From a virus (lineage: Duplodnaviria > Caudoviricetes): 33,895 bases of DNA. Position numbers and translations under genes: made by a program. The notes under the pieces were generated by a model. That model saw only the letters and a list, made by a program, of their open reading frames with translations. It did no database searches and was not told the DNA's origin. Location of the stretch: positions 1 to 33,895 of the IMG/VR virus record IMGVR_UViG_3300022697_000042. One strand, given 5' to 3'. This document shows positions 14,938 to 25,070 of this stretch, piece after piece. The first letter of the stretch is position 1, and the number at the start of each line of letters is the position of its first letter.

Positions 14938-15201
14938 ATGAGCTTACACGAGATTAAATCAGAGCCAAACCAAGAGACCATAGCTTATCTTGATAACTTA
15001 TTATCCATGGCAAAAAGTGGAGAGCTACAAGGGTTAGCGGTTATATTAAAGTACGATGATGGCTCCACAGGTGGCGGCTGGTGCAATATAAGTAGCGAAA
15101 TCATGGGAGTCATCGGAGAGCTAGAGATATTAAAGCGCGATCTAATCGATATTAACGTACAATTAAGAGTAGACCCCGAGACCGGGCATACTGATTATTA
15201 G
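14938..15201 (+). CDS. conserved hypothetical phage protein
   Basis: LLSMAKSGELQGLAV...DG...W...IGELEILK pattern. Confidence 0.7.
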   Translation: MSLHEIKSEPNQETIAYLDNLLSMAKSGELQGLAVILKYDDGSTGGGWCNISSEIMGVIGELEILKRDLIDINVQLRVDPETGHTDY

Positions 15202-15303
15202 GTCAATATTGTATCCCCCGCTCACGCAAGGTACTAAATACAATACATTTTTATAGCAATAAGGTCGTAAATACATGTGGCGAGTATAGACTAGGGACAT
15301 AAT

Positions 15304-15414
15304 ATGTCAATGCATAAGAATAAATGCAGACCAATTACAATACCGGTGTCCACTATATGGGTGCTAATCGCAATCAGTTTTATATTTGGATATCTAGTGA
15401 GGCTATCTCTATGA
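15304..15414 (+). CDS. 36-aa membrane peptide (not in ORF track)
   Basis: MSMHKNKCRPITIPVSTIWVLIAISFIFGYLVRLSL; AGGGA upstream; ATGA overlap with next gene. Confidence 0.55.
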   Translation: MSMHKNKCRPITIPVSTIWVLIAISFIFGYLVRLSL

Positions 15415-15629
15415 CATGGTGCAAAAACTACGTAGCATACAAGACAGAGCTAAGAGAGATCCACAGGCGTGCTAGAGCTGAACAAAAGCACCTTGATAGC
15501 TTTTTAAATGATCATGCAGTAACTCAAATGACTGAGTATGTAGTCATGCCCGAAACAGATACCCCAGAGTGTATAGTCCTGACAAATAACGGCTGGGAAA
15601 AATTCTTTTTACCCAAGGTTAAGCACTAA
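15411..15629 (+). CDS. hypothetical protein
   Basis: GAGG SD before in-frame ATG 15411 of ORF 15324..15629. Confidence 0.6.
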   Translation: MTWCKNYVAYKTELREIHRRARAEQKHLDSFLNDHAVTQMTEYVVMPETDTPECIVLTNNGWEKFFLPKVKH

Positions 15630-15709
15630 TGAGCGGTATATTATGGATATTTATGGCAATAGCCCTAGTATGGATGATGAGTTTAGGTAGAGATAATGGC
15701 AGCTCCTAA
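15629..15709 (+). CDS. 26-aa hydrophobic peptide (not in ORF track)
   Basis: MSGILWIFMAIALVWMMSLGRDNGSS; TAATG coupling. Confidence 0.45.
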   Translation: MSGILWIFMAIALVWMMSLGRDNGSS

Positions 15710-16007
15710 AACAGGCTCAGGTAAAAACAGAGCGGACAGATACAGGGACGATAACGCTAAACATCTTTTAGATCGTCTAAAAGGTTACGGGTTTATTGAT
15801 CAAACTATTGTAAATATTAAGGATTTAGAGGACTTAACAAAAGATCTTGATCCAAATCAAGTAGTTAGGATTAAAGCTGCAACTGATATTCGAATGAAAC
15901 TACTAGATAAGATAGTACCAAGTAGAAAAGCTATTGAATTAACGGGTGAAGATGGCGGACCGGTAGAAACATCAGTAAGCATTAATTTTGTACCTGTTAA
16001 GAAATGA
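15696..16007 (+). CDS. terS: terminase small subunit (putative)
   Basis: Directly upstream of and coupled to terL; C-terminal KAIELTGEDGGPV motif typical of TerS. Confidence 0.7.
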   Translation: MAAPKTGSGKNRADRYRDDNAKHLLDRLKGYGFIDQTIVNIKDLEDLTKDLDPNQVVRIKAATDIRMKLLDKIVPSRKAIELTGEDGGPVETSVSINFVPVKK

Positions 16008-17509
16008 ACATAGATATAGAATACGTAGACAACCTAACCCCCGTATTCACTATCCCAAAAAGAATAAAGATTATCGTAGGCGGTCGAGGCTCAACAAAAA
16101 GCACAGGTATCGCTGATTACGTAGATGCAAGAATGGCTCAAGGCGAAGTATGGTGCTGCGCTAGAGAGCACCAGAACTCAATCGAGGAGTCAGTGCACAG
16201 AACTTTATTGGGGGAAATATCAAGACTAGGGCTCCCTGGTTTCACTGACACAAAGACAAGTATTACTCATAAATCCGGTGGAAGGGCATTCTATCGCGGC
16301 CTATCAAGAAATATAACCTCACTTAAATCAACATTATCTGGTATCGATGGCCTATGGATTGAGGAAGGGGAAGACCTTTCCGATAACACTCTTAGGGTAA
16401 TGACCGCATCAGTCCGATTAAACGCTGAAGACACTCAAAAGAAGATCGATGGCGAAGACATTAAGATGCCTGAGATTATAATAACGATGAATCGAGGCGC
16501 TAGGAATGGTGCAGTAGCTCAGAAATGGCTAGCTAGAGCCGAGAAAGAGCTTGAACGATTTGGATATTACGAAGATGACTTACTAATGGTAGTCGAAATG
16601 AACTACACGGATATGCCCGCTGATTGGTTCTTGATGTCAGGACTAGAAGAGGAGCGCCTTGATGACTTTGACAAGCTCTCACGAGCTGCTTACGACAATA
16701 AGTGGCTGGGTAAGTATCTAGAGACCGTAGATAACGCTATAATCTTACCCGAATGGTTTGACGCGTGCATAGACGCACATAAGATTGATAGATTAAAGAA
16801 GGTATTTGCTCCACATGGTGCTGTTATTATTGCTCATGATCCATTCGACGACGGTAATGATGCCGGAGGATACGCGGTAAGGCACGGATCTATAATAAGA
16901 AAGGTCAAGTCTAAGCAGAAAGGGGAGATTGACGTGGTGTGTGACTGGGCCACGGGTATGACTATTCAAGATAACGGTAACTGGTTTATATGGGATGGGG
17001 ACGGAATGGGAGCAGGTCTTAAAAGACAGGTATCCACAGCTTTTGCACATACTAATACAAAGTACCACATGTTCAGAGGATCGTTATCGGGCAAGGGCCA
17101 AGACAACGCTGACGACATTTATATGCCCGAATATGGTGATGACGATACTAAGCCTAAGACCTACGCTGAGACGTTCCTCAACAACCGTGCGCAGTATTAC
17201 ACCAACTTAGCCACAAGGTGTTATAATACATACAGATGTGTGGTTAAGGGTGAGTACGTTGATCCTGATGAGATGATCAGTTTTGACTCGGAAGGGCTGG
17301 AAAGTAAAACTACTCTAAAGACTGAAATGTGCAGAATACCTCAAGTACCAAACTCTAAGGGATTGATTCAATTGATGAATAAGAAGGAAATGAAAGCGAA
17401 TGACATTGAATCACCTAACAGTGCTGACTCAGTAATGATGAGCCTATTTGTCCCACCAATCACCCAAGTATTTAGAAAAATTGATTATCCCAAGATGAGT
17501 GTCACCTAA
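16004..17509 (+). CDS. terL: terminase large subunit, PBSX-family (headful-type)
   Basis: Walker A GGRGSTKS, CAREHQNSIEESVH, Walker B LWIEEG, nuclease AHDP..DG.D, DGDGMGAG, SPNSADS. Confidence 0.96.
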   Translation: MNIDIEYVDNLTPVFTIPKRIKIIVGGRGSTKSTGIADYVDARMAQGEVWCCAREHQNSIEESVHRTLLGEISRLGLPGFTDTKTSITHKSGGRAFYRGLSRNITSLKSTLSGIDGLWIEEGEDLSDNTLRVMTASVRLNAEDTQKKIDGEDIKMPEIIITMNRGARNGAVAQKWLARAEKELERFGYYEDDLLMVVEMNYTDMPADWFLMSGLEEERLDDFDKLSRAAYDNKWLGKYLETVDNAIILPEWFDACIDAHKIDRLKKVFAPHGAVIIAHDPFDDGNDAGGYAVRHGSIIRKVKSKQKGEIDVVCDWATGMTIQDNGNWFIWDGDGMGAGLKRQVSTAFAHTNTKYHMFRGSLSGKGQDNADDIYMPEYGDDDTKPKTYAETFLNNRAQYYTNLATRCYNTYRCVVKGEYVDPDEMISFDSEGLESKTTLKTEMCRIPQVPNSKGLIQLMNKKEMKANDIESPNSADSVMMSLFVPPITQVFRKIDYPKMSVT

Positions 17510-19539
17510 TGCCAATGCCAGACGCAGTACTGATTGACGAACTCAATAAGCTAACGGATGACGCGACCGGCAATAACTCTACCTTTATATCTAACAACTC
17601 TGAACTACTCGACCGATATGATCGTAATCCCTACGGTGATGAGCAACCAGAGCTATCAAAGGTAATATCTAATGATGTAATGGATATCGTAGAATCAGAT
17701 ATGCCCTCACTGGTTAGAATCTTTCTAGGATCAAGTGACATTCTTAAATTCGAATCAACTACGGCAAGGAAAGACGAGAAAGAAGAAGCTGACGACAAGA
17801 CCAAGTATATTAATTGGCAGATACGCAATCAACCATGGTCATATTCTGTTCTATCCGGGTTTATCAAGAATGCTGAGATCTTCCAAACCTCTGTATTAAA
17901 ATACTTTATCGATGAAAAAACTACGGTAGAAGAGCATAAGCACGAAGGACTAAGCGACGAAGAACTTGCTTTGGTCGAAGAGGATCTAGAGAAAAGATAC
18001 GGTACTGATGCCGAGATAGTCCGTGAAGAACAAAACGATGATGGGGAGAACACGGTAGTCTTTAAGGTTGAGCGAACGACTAAGAAGATCGCAATTACTA
18101 ACGTGCCATTAGAAAACTTCAGATTTACTAAGAATGCCGAGAACAAGAACGATGCTGATATCGTCGGTGACGTTTCAATCATGAAGCGCGGTGAAATATT
18201 GGCGATGGGAATTGATCGAAAAGTAGTCGAAAGTCTCGAATTACACGGGGATATACAAGAAAATACCCGGATGAAGGATGTTAGAGATAAAGCTGAAGGT
18301 GGAAAAGAAGACGATAAGATTGCAGTAAATTGGGCAAGTGAAGAGGTTGAGGTCCAAGATCTGTATCCATTGATTGATTACGATGACGATGGAATTCTAG
18401 AAAGACGACACATTATGATATCAGGCGAGGTTGTTATCATTAATGAGGTATTCAACCACGTACCTTATGCAATGATGTCATCTGTCTTAATGCCACACAA
18501 AGCTATCGGTAAGTCGAGAGCTGAGATCACAGCACCTACAGCCAAATCTAAGACCGCGATCCTTCGAGGGATAAATGACAATATTAGTGCCGTTACCAAT
18601 CCACGTTTGGCGATTAATGAAAATGTTAATATGGATGACTTATTGGTTCTAAGGAAGAACGGAATCATTCAGAACAAGAAAGACACACTTCCAAGCCAGA
18701 ATATATTTCCTGTTGAAGTTCCTTACATTGGCGACAAAGCCCTTCAGGTCATCCAGTATTGGGACCAGGCTAGATCGCAAACCACTGGCTCCCTGCTGGC
18801 TTCTCAGGGGCTTGATGCTGACGAATTAGGTAAAGAGACCGCTACTCGGTTCAACGGAATACGGGATGCCTCAGAGGGTAAGATTGAATTAGTCGCAAGA
18901 ACAATGGTTGAGACAGGATTCCGGGAATTATTCGAAGGCGTTGAATGGTTGGATCGGAATTTTCAGAATGAAGAGACTGAGATCCAGGTCTTGGGGCATG
19001 AGCTGAGAGTTAAGCCTACAGACTGGAAGTATGAACACAGTGTTGTAAGTAAAGTAGGGCTTGGCGCAGGTGACGATACCCAGACTACACAGACCATGAC
19101 CGCATTGTGGGTATTACATCAACAATTACAACAAATGCAATCGCCAATGACCGACGAGGTCAAGCGCTATAACATTCTGAAGAACATGGTTAATGCTTCA
19201 GGTGAGCCAGATGTTAGCGAGTTCTTTAATAACCCTGAACGGCCTGAGCAAATGGTAACAGCTCAAAATGAGATACTTACTAACCTTGTTCAGCAATTAC
19301 AGCAGCAATTACAACAGCTACAGAATCCACTAGCTGAGGCCGAGACAATCAAACAGCAAGGAAATCTTATCAAAGCGCAGTCGGACGCACAGTTACAAAT
19401 AGCTAAGCTTCAAGAGGACCAGAGACAATTCAACGTTGAGACAGCACAGAATCAGGACCAGTTCCAGAAAAATCTAGCAGCTCAACTATCTGAATTACAA
19501 CTTAAATTCCAGACTAACGTACCAGGGGCGCAGTTATGA
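17509..19539 (+). CDS. portal protein, P22-like podovirus type
   Basis: 676 aa after terL; DVMDIVESDMPSLVRIF, DYDDDGILERR, Gln-rich C-terminal barrel coiled coil. Confidence 0.93.
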   Translation: MPMPDAVLIDELNKLTDDATGNNSTFISNNSELLDRYDRNPYGDEQPELSKVISNDVMDIVESDMPSLVRIFLGSSDILKFESTTARKDEKEEADDKTKYINWQIRNQPWSYSVLSGFIKNAEIFQTSVLKYFIDEKTTVEEHKHEGLSDEELALVEEDLEKRYGTDAEIVREEQNDDGENTVVFKVERTTKKIAITNVPLENFRFTKNAENKNDADIVGDVSIMKRGEILAMGIDRKVVESLELHGDIQENTRMKDVRDKAEGGKEDDKIAVNWASEEVEVQDLYPLIDYDDDGILERRHIMISGEVVIINEVFNHVPYAMMSSVLMPHKAIGKSRAEITAPTAKSKTAILRGINDNISAVTNPRLAINENVNMDDLLVLRKNGIIQNKKDTLPSQNIFPVEVPYIGDKALQVIQYWDQARSQTTGSLLASQGLDADELGKETATRFNGIRDASEGKIELVARTMVETGFRELFEGVEWLDRNFQNEETEIQVLGHELRVKPTDWKYEHSVVSKVGLGAGDDTQTTQTMTALWVLHQQLQQMQSPMTDEVKRYNILKNMVNASGEPDVSEFFNNPERPEQMVTAQNEILTNLVQQLQQQLQQLQNPLAEAETIKQQGNLIKAQSDAQLQIAKLQEDQRQFNVETAQNQDQFQKNLAAQLSELQLKFQTNVPGAQL

Positions 19540-19808
19540 ACGATGAACAATTAGATAAACTACAGAAACAGCAAGAACTCGCGGCTCAAGGCAAGCTAGT
19601 AGTTAGTAATCCTGCTTATAGAGCGGCATTCACGGCCATCCAAGCGGCTATCTTCCAAGACTTCTGCTCGAGCAAGCAAGGAGACTCAGAAGAGCGTGAC
19701 GAAGCCTGGAGAACGATTAAGAACCTGGATGAATTGGACACATATTTCACAAGAATGCTACAAACTGGAAAAATGGCTACAGAAAGCCTAAAATTATACA
19801 AGGAATAA
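19536..19808 (+). CDS. conserved small protein between portal and scaffold
   Basis: 90 aa helical, EERDEAW...TGKMA; usual position in this head module. Confidence 0.8.
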   Translation: MNDEQLDKLQKQQELAAQGKLVVSNPAYRAAFTAIQAAIFQDFCSSKQGDSEERDEAWRTIKNLDELDTYFTRMLQTGKMATESLKLYKE

Positions 19809-19811
19809 CCA

Positions 19812-20633
19812 ATGGACAATCCTATTGAGGAACCCACCGAGGAAGTAGAAGCGGAGCAAACGCCAACCGAATCTACCGAATCAACGGAAAATCACGAGCC
19901 AGACAGTGATACCCCGGAGCAATCCGAAGGTCAGGAAGAGGAAGTGCACTATCTTGAATTAGATGGTGAAGAGCACGACCTTGAAGAAGTGCGCCAGTGG
20001 AAACAGGGCAACCTTCGTCAATCTGACTACACGAAGAAGACTACTAAATTAGCTGACGAGAGAAAGAGATTCGAAGCTGAAAGTAGTAATACTCGTGAAC
20101 AACTACTTAAATCACAGACCGAAGTCACAGCCTTACGCGATGAGTTAAAAGCATTAGTTGGCGAGGACGAATCTGTTAATTGGGTAGAGCTTAGGGATAG
20201 TGACCCCGATAGGTATATTGAGTTAAAAGAACGAGCTGACAACCGCAAGGCCGCGATTGATAAGATCAAAGCAGAGCGAACCATCTCCACTGATGACCCG
20301 GCACAAGCGCAGGTTGAGATTATAAAGTTCTCAAAGTCTAACCCAGAGTGGCTAGACGACAGCAATAATTACACCGATACATATTCTAAGGATATGAAGT
20401 TAATCGGTGATTATGCATCCAACGCAGGCTTTACGGAATCAGAATTTAAGACACTGACTAAAGCGCATTACTTAACTGCACTTTTTAAAGCGGCTAAATA
20501 TGACCAGCTTCAAGAGAAGGGCAGAGAAATCAAGAGTAAGCGCATAAAAGTACCTGTGGTAACTAAACCGAAAGCAAAAAAAGCCAGTCAACCTGGGCGT
20601 TCAGCGGCGGATATATTCTTCCCTGATGACTAG
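19812..20633 (+). CDS. scaffolding protein
   Basis: Acidic N-terminus, LDGEE...LRQSDYTKKTT..A signature, coiled coil, basic C-terminus. Confidence 0.88.
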   Translation: MDNPIEEPTEEVEAEQTPTESTESTENHEPDSDTPEQSEGQEEEVHYLELDGEEHDLEEVRQWKQGNLRQSDYTKKTTKLADERKRFEAESSNTREQLLKSQTEVTALRDELKALVGEDESVNWVELRDSDPDRYIELKERADNRKAAIDKIKAERTISTDDPAQAQVEIIKFSKSNPEWLDDSNNYTDTYSKDMKLIGDYASNAGFTESEFKTLTKAHYLTALFKAAKYDQLQEKGREIKSKRIKVPVVTKPKAKKASQPGRSAADIFFPDD

Positions 20634-20665
20634 GAGACTGATCATGGATTGCATCGGAGAACACA

Positions 20666-21685
20666 ATGGCTACATTATCAGGAACAGTATTAACATTGGC
20701 AGATTGGGCCAAAAGCATAGACCCAGACGGATCGGTCGCTAAAACCATCGAGATATTATCGGAAGATAATGAAATTCTAACCGATATGCTTTTTAAAGAG
20801 GGTAATTTACCTACTGGTGAACAGACCTCTATTCGTACTGGATTACCTACGGTCTACTACAGACTGATGAATCAAGGTACTCCCAACTCTAAATCAACCA
20901 AAGTACAAATCGTGGAAAATGCGGCTAATCTAATCGCTCGTAGTGCGGTGGATGTTGATGAAGCCAGTCTTCAAAACAATACCGCTGCCTATCTAGCAGA
21001 TGAAGGAATGGCGTTTATCGAGGCAATGTCTCAACAAATGGCAACTACTTTGTTTTACGGATCAGCGGCTAACCCTGAACAGTTTGTAGGATTCGCGCCT
21101 AGATTTAACGATCTGAGTGCAACTAATGCTACAAACATCTTGGATGCTGGCGGATCTGGTTCCGATAACTCGTCTATCTGGCTTGTTAACTGGGGTCAAA
21201 GATCTGTATTTGGCGTATTCCCTAAAGGATCTAAGGCTGGTATCGAGCATGAGAACCTTGGAGTTATGAACGAATATGACTCTAACAACGATCCTTACCG
21301 CGCTCACGTTTCACTTTGGAAGTGGAAGAACGGCCTAGTAGTTAAAGATTGGCGTCATGTTGTTCGTATCGCTAACGTCGATATCTCTGACTTGGTAGGT
21401 CGTACTGGTACTCAAGAACTCTTAGATGCCACTGTTATCGATAAGCTAATGGCTCGTGCTATTGATCGTATTCCTAAAGGAAATCAAGGGAATATGTCTT
21501 TCTATATGAACCGAACCTGCGCTTCACACCTTCGTGTATTAGGATTGGATCGTGGCACAGTTGGCGCGGTTACTACTGAACCAGCACTTAACCAATTTGG
21601 TAAAACTATTCGCACGTTGATGTATAACGGCGTCCCTGTTCGCATCGTTGATGCATTAACCGAAGCCGAAGCGGCTGTAACATAG
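20666..21685 (+). CDS. major capsid protein, BPP-1/epsilon15 type
   Basis: TLADWAK..DP, NEILTDM.F.EGN.PTG, RTGLP...R..NQG, PKGSKAG, GL.V.DWR.VVRIAN. Confidence 0.93.
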   Translation: MATLSGTVLTLADWAKSIDPDGSVAKTIEILSEDNEILTDMLFKEGNLPTGEQTSIRTGLPTVYYRLMNQGTPNSKSTKVQIVENAANLIARSAVDVDEASLQNNTAAYLADEGMAFIEAMSQQMATTLFYGSAANPEQFVGFAPRFNDLSATNATNILDAGGSGSDNSSIWLVNWGQRSVFGVFPKGSKAGIEHENLGVMNEYDSNNDPYRAHVSLWKWKNGLVVKDWRHVVRIANVDISDLVGRTGTQELLDATVIDKLMARAIDRIPKGNQGNMSFYMNRTCASHLRVLGLDRGTVGAVTTEPALNQFGKTIRTLMYNGVPVRIVDALTEAEAAVT

Positions 21686-21695
21686 GAGACATAAC

Positions 21696-22169
21696 ATGTA
21701 CTTAGATGGACAATTGCAATTCTCCGACTCTCAGGCGGTAACGACTGATGCTGTTGGAACAAACGTGATCGACTTAGGGTCTGATCGATCTATTGGAAAT
21801 GGTATGCCGATGTCAGCGGTTTTTATAGTCGAGGTGGCTGCTGATCAAGCTACTGGTGATGAAGATTACACCTTCGAAGTTGAGTATGCCTCAAATGCTG
21901 CTCAATCAACGGGTCGTCAATTAATGGGTAGACGGGTATTTGAATCAGGCACACCAACAGCAGGCACTCAAAATGCTGATCTATTGGTTGCTGGTTTTAT
22001 CGTTCAGATACCTATTCCACCTACTAAGCTGTCAGAAAGCGAACAGTTTATCGGTATTCGATACAACACCACGGGAACCACACCAACTATTACTTGTAGC
22101 GCATACTTAATGCCTACTCACATGGTTGATGCGACTAACGACGGTGCTATTAACTACGCGATAACATAA
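21696..22169 (+). CDS. capsid cement protein, Bbp16-like
   Basis: MYLD..L.FSDSQAVT....TNVIDLG...IG.G, follows the capsid gene. Confidence 0.85.
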   Translation: MYLDGQLQFSDSQAVTTDAVGTNVIDLGSDRSIGNGMPMSAVFIVEVAADQATGDEDYTFEVEYASNAAQSTGRQLMGRRVFESGTPTAGTQNADLLVAGFIVQIPIPPTKLSESEQFIGIRYNTTGTTPTITCSAYLMPTHMVDATNDGAINYAIT

Positions 22170-22178
22170 CTTAAATAC

Positions 22179-22192
22179 GCCCCTTCGGGGGC
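22179..22192 (+). terminator. GC hairpin with cUUCGg tetraloop after the capsid genes
   Basis: GCCCC-TTCG-GGGGC; no U tract, so weak terminator or stabilising hairpin. Confidence 0.55.
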
Positions 22193-22208
22193 ACTTGAGG
22201 CCACTACA

Positions 22209-22520
22209 ATGAGAGTAACAGTAAAAGAAGGTAAGAGTGTTTTTATTTACGGTAAGTTATTCCTTCAGTATGAGGAAATAACATTAAAACCGGTTGAGTC
22301 TTCAAAGTTCGATTTAGAAGGTAATCCTATTATCATCCCGGTAAAGCAGCAATATAGTCCTACCAATATGCTTACGAAAGAGGCAATAGTGGAAAGGGAA
22401 AGGCCAAAAGAACCGCATGAAATGGATTACGCAGCATTAAAAGCAGAATGCAAGGCTAGAGAAATTGAAATACCACAACATGCTAAGAAAGATCAACTGA
22501 TTCAATTGTTACTCGAATAA
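22209..22520 (+). CDS. hypothetical protein with C-terminal HeH/SAP/LEM-like domain
   Basis: MDYAALKAECKAREIEIPQHAKKDQLIQLL. Confidence 0.75.
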   Translation: MRVTVKEGKSVFIYGKLFLQYEEITLKPVESSKFDLEGNPIIIPVKQQYSPTNMLTKEAIVERERPKEPHEMDYAALKAECKAREIEIPQHAKKDQLIQLLLE

Positions 22521-23149
22521 TGTCATTAGATACTTACGCAAATTTAAAGCTCGAATTACAAGATTGGTCTCATAGAGATGACCTGTCATTAAAACTTGAT
22601 ACTTTTATTGATATGGCTGAAACGGAAATATATGTCAATGATAAGGAGCCTTTAGAAGCCCGTGACGCCGAGACACGAGTAACTATAGTCACAAGTACTA
22701 CATCAAGGTTTATCGCTTTACCAGCTGGCTTCCAGTCTGCTCGTAAGCTAAGGATTCAAATAGAGAATGGAGAATCTATACCTATTCACTTTAGGACACC
22801 TGAGCAACTAAACCTTATTAGCGTAGAGGGTATCCCGAGATTCTTCACGGTAACTGACCAAATTGAATTCGACCGCATATCAGATACGGTTTACACAGGG
22901 GAAATTCAGTATTACAAGGAGTTCACAAAGCTGTCATCGACTAATGCGACTAACTTTGTGCTGGACAACTGGCCCAACATCTATTTGCATGGATGTTTGT
23001 GGGCATTATTCTTGTTTTCGGAAGAGTTCGAGGTGGCTGGAGTCCATTATGCTCAGTTTATCAGTGCGATTAAAGGCGCTAACACCCTCACAAACAAGGG
23101 TAGATACGGCCCTACGCCGGTAATGAGAGTCGAAGGAACGGTATCTTAA
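22520..23149 (+). CDS. head-tail adaptor protein
   Basis: TYANLK...W..RDDL...FI..AE, TNFVL..WPNIYL.G.L; position before nozzle. Confidence 0.82.
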   Translation: MSLDTYANLKLELQDWSHRDDLSLKLDTFIDMAETEIYVNDKEPLEARDAETRVTIVTSTTSRFIALPAGFQSARKLRIQIENGESIPIHFRTPEQLNLISVEGIPRFFTVTDQIEFDRISDTVYTGEIQYYKEFTKLSSTNATNFVLDNWPNIYLHGCLWALFLFSEEFEVAGVHYAQFISAIKGANTLTNKGRYGPTPVMRVEGTVS

Positions 23150-24570
23150 TGCCTTACACGACTCTACCTATAAACATATCTGGCCCCACATATAGAGACA
23201 GGTCCAGACCTTTATCGTCTCAAGAGACTCGCAATATTTACCATGAACTGGTTGAATCAGGGAAAGAGCAATACGTTTTAAAGTCATTCCCTGGCCAAAA
23301 GTCTTTTGGATCTGCAACGGCAGGTGAGGATCGTGGGCAGCATCAGATGCGAGAGGTCGGTTATAGGGTAATCGGGACTGACCTGTACGAAATATCAAAT
23401 ACAGGAACTCACACAAACAGAGGGGATGTCCCTGGAACTGACAGGTGCATCATTGCTAGTGATGGAATTAATATGTTCCTCGTCGCTAATGGAATTGTGA
23501 GCCAGTACAGTAGCGCGACTAATTTAGTTACGGCTGTTACTGACGTAAATATAGTTGGGGCCATCTCTGTCGATTTTATTAATAATCAATTTGTTTATAC
23601 GTTTCCTCAACTAACGGTCTTTAGCGTTGTTGGTGACGGCTCTACCGCATTAGGGACAAATGCGGTTAACTCTGAGATCAACGGCGATGACCTCGTGAGA
23701 GATTACGTTTTTGATCAAACTTTGTATAGATTTGGTACAAGGTCTTGTCCTAATTGGTGGAATTCCGGGGTTGGAACGCCTCCTTTCACTCGAATTGAAG
23801 GCCAACAAGTAGCTACAGGGCTTGCCGCCAAGCACTCAATTACCAGCTCAAGGTCATATATTTATTGGTTGGGTACTGATCTACAGGTTTACCGTGCTAG
23901 AAGCGGTCAAGAAGAGCCTATTAGTTCAGCTGTGGTATCTGGTGAGATCCAAGGGTATGCGAAAATAGACGATGCTTTCGGTGAAGTCTTCACGATTGAT
24001 TCAAAGACAATGTACTTACTAACGTTTCCGACGGAAAATAAGACCTGGTGCCTATCCGAAGAGCTTGGTGTAAATGGGTGGTTTGAATTATCCGAAGGGA
24101 TTACGTCCAACAGATATAATGCAGGATCTATTGTAGAGGTCTATAACAAGGTCCTAATAGGTGATCGGTCTAATGGTAGTCTATACGAGTTAGACTTTAG
24201 TACCTACGATCAAGGAGGGTCTACGTGGCGCAGGAGACGAGTAATAGGTTCTGTCAATGGTGATGCATTCAAACAGAAAGGGAAGCGGGTAAAAATTAAA
24301 CGAATGGAGTTTCTTTTAGAGACTGGAGTGGGGTTAAGTACCGGTCAAGGGTCAGATCCTAAAATTATGCTTGAGTACTCTACCGATGGTGGTAGATCTT
24401 GGAAAACAGGGTCATGGTTAAGAATTGGCCGACAAGGCGAGACAAATGTTCGTGCGGAGTGGTTCACTATCAAGAGTTTCTACGACATGATGGTCAGATT
24501 AACAACCTCGGACCCAGTAGCCTTAAATTTATATTCGGCTGCTGTTGATATTAAGTTGTCAGGCCGATGA
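23149..24570 (+). CDS. tail hub/nozzle, P22 gp10-like DNA stabilisation protein
   Basis: 473 aa beta-propeller-like; LETGVG...GSDPKIML.YSTDGGRSW...IG..GE. Confidence 0.88.
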   Translation: MPYTTLPINISGPTYRDRSRPLSSQETRNIYHELVESGKEQYVLKSFPGQKSFGSATAGEDRGQHQMREVGYRVIGTDLYEISNTGTHTNRGDVPGTDRCIIASDGINMFLVANGIVSQYSSATNLVTAVTDVNIVGAISVDFINNQFVYTFPQLTVFSVVGDGSTALGTNAVNSEINGDDLVRDYVFDQTLYRFGTRSCPNWWNSGVGTPPFTRIEGQQVATGLAAKHSITSSRSYIYWLGTDLQVYRARSGQEEPISSAVVSGEIQGYAKIDDAFGEVFTIDSKTMYLLTFPTENKTWCLSEELGVNGWFELSEGITSNRYNAGSIVEVYNKVLIGDRSNGSLYELDFSTYDQGGSTWRRRRVIGSVNGDAFKQKGKRVKIKRMEFLLETGVGLSTGQGSDPKIMLEYSTDGGRSWKTGSWLRIGRQGETNVRAEWFTIKSFYDMMVRLTTSDPVALNLYSAAVDIKLSGR

Positions 24571-25070
24571 GCGTACAGGTCAATCCACCACCGATTCTTA
24601 GAATTCCCGCAGCTTTCAGGAAAGACCCTGCTATGCGCAATTATTTTGAGCAACAAAGGCAGATACTATTTCAATTATGGGATCGTACCGGCGGTGGTGA
24701 TGACGCGATAGCCGATGTGCAGAATAGTGAATTATATGAAACAGGGATTCAGTTTCCAATTGAGGATGACCTTCCTGTATTCGATTCCGTCTATACGGAT
24801 AAACAGGTATGGAGGTCGTATTCGACCAGTGTAGACGTACCCGCGCATGGATTTGATTTTATTGCAGCTACTCAGAAATTAGAAATTAAATTACCTCAAT
24901 ACCCAGACGAGGACGACATTGTCTCTGTAGTTAATGTAAATGGAAAACAGATCACAGTAAATGGTAATGGAAACTTGATAAACGGCGAGACATGCACCGT
25001 AAGCAAAAGAAAAAACTCAACGATTAACTATCATTATTTTTCTGAATTGTCTGCGTGGTACATGAGATGA
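24567..25070 (+). CDS. tail-associated structural protein
   Basis: QLWDRTGG N-terminal motif; C-terminal IKLP..P...D.V.V....ITVNGNGNLING module. Confidence 0.7.
   Translation: MSVQVNPPPILRIPAAFRKDPAMRNYFEQQRQILFQLWDRTGGGDDAIADVQNSELYETGIQFPIEDDLPVFDSVYTDKQVWRSYSTSVDVPAHGFDFIAATQKLEIKLPQYPDEDDIVSVVNVNGKQITVNGNGNLINGETCTVSKRKNSTINYHYFSELSAWYMR

Noticed and set aside
15208-15300. Possible riboswitch in the intergenic stretch (ATTGTAT/ATACAAT stem)
   Set aside because: Only one AT-rich 7-bp stem and no recognisable aptamer consensus
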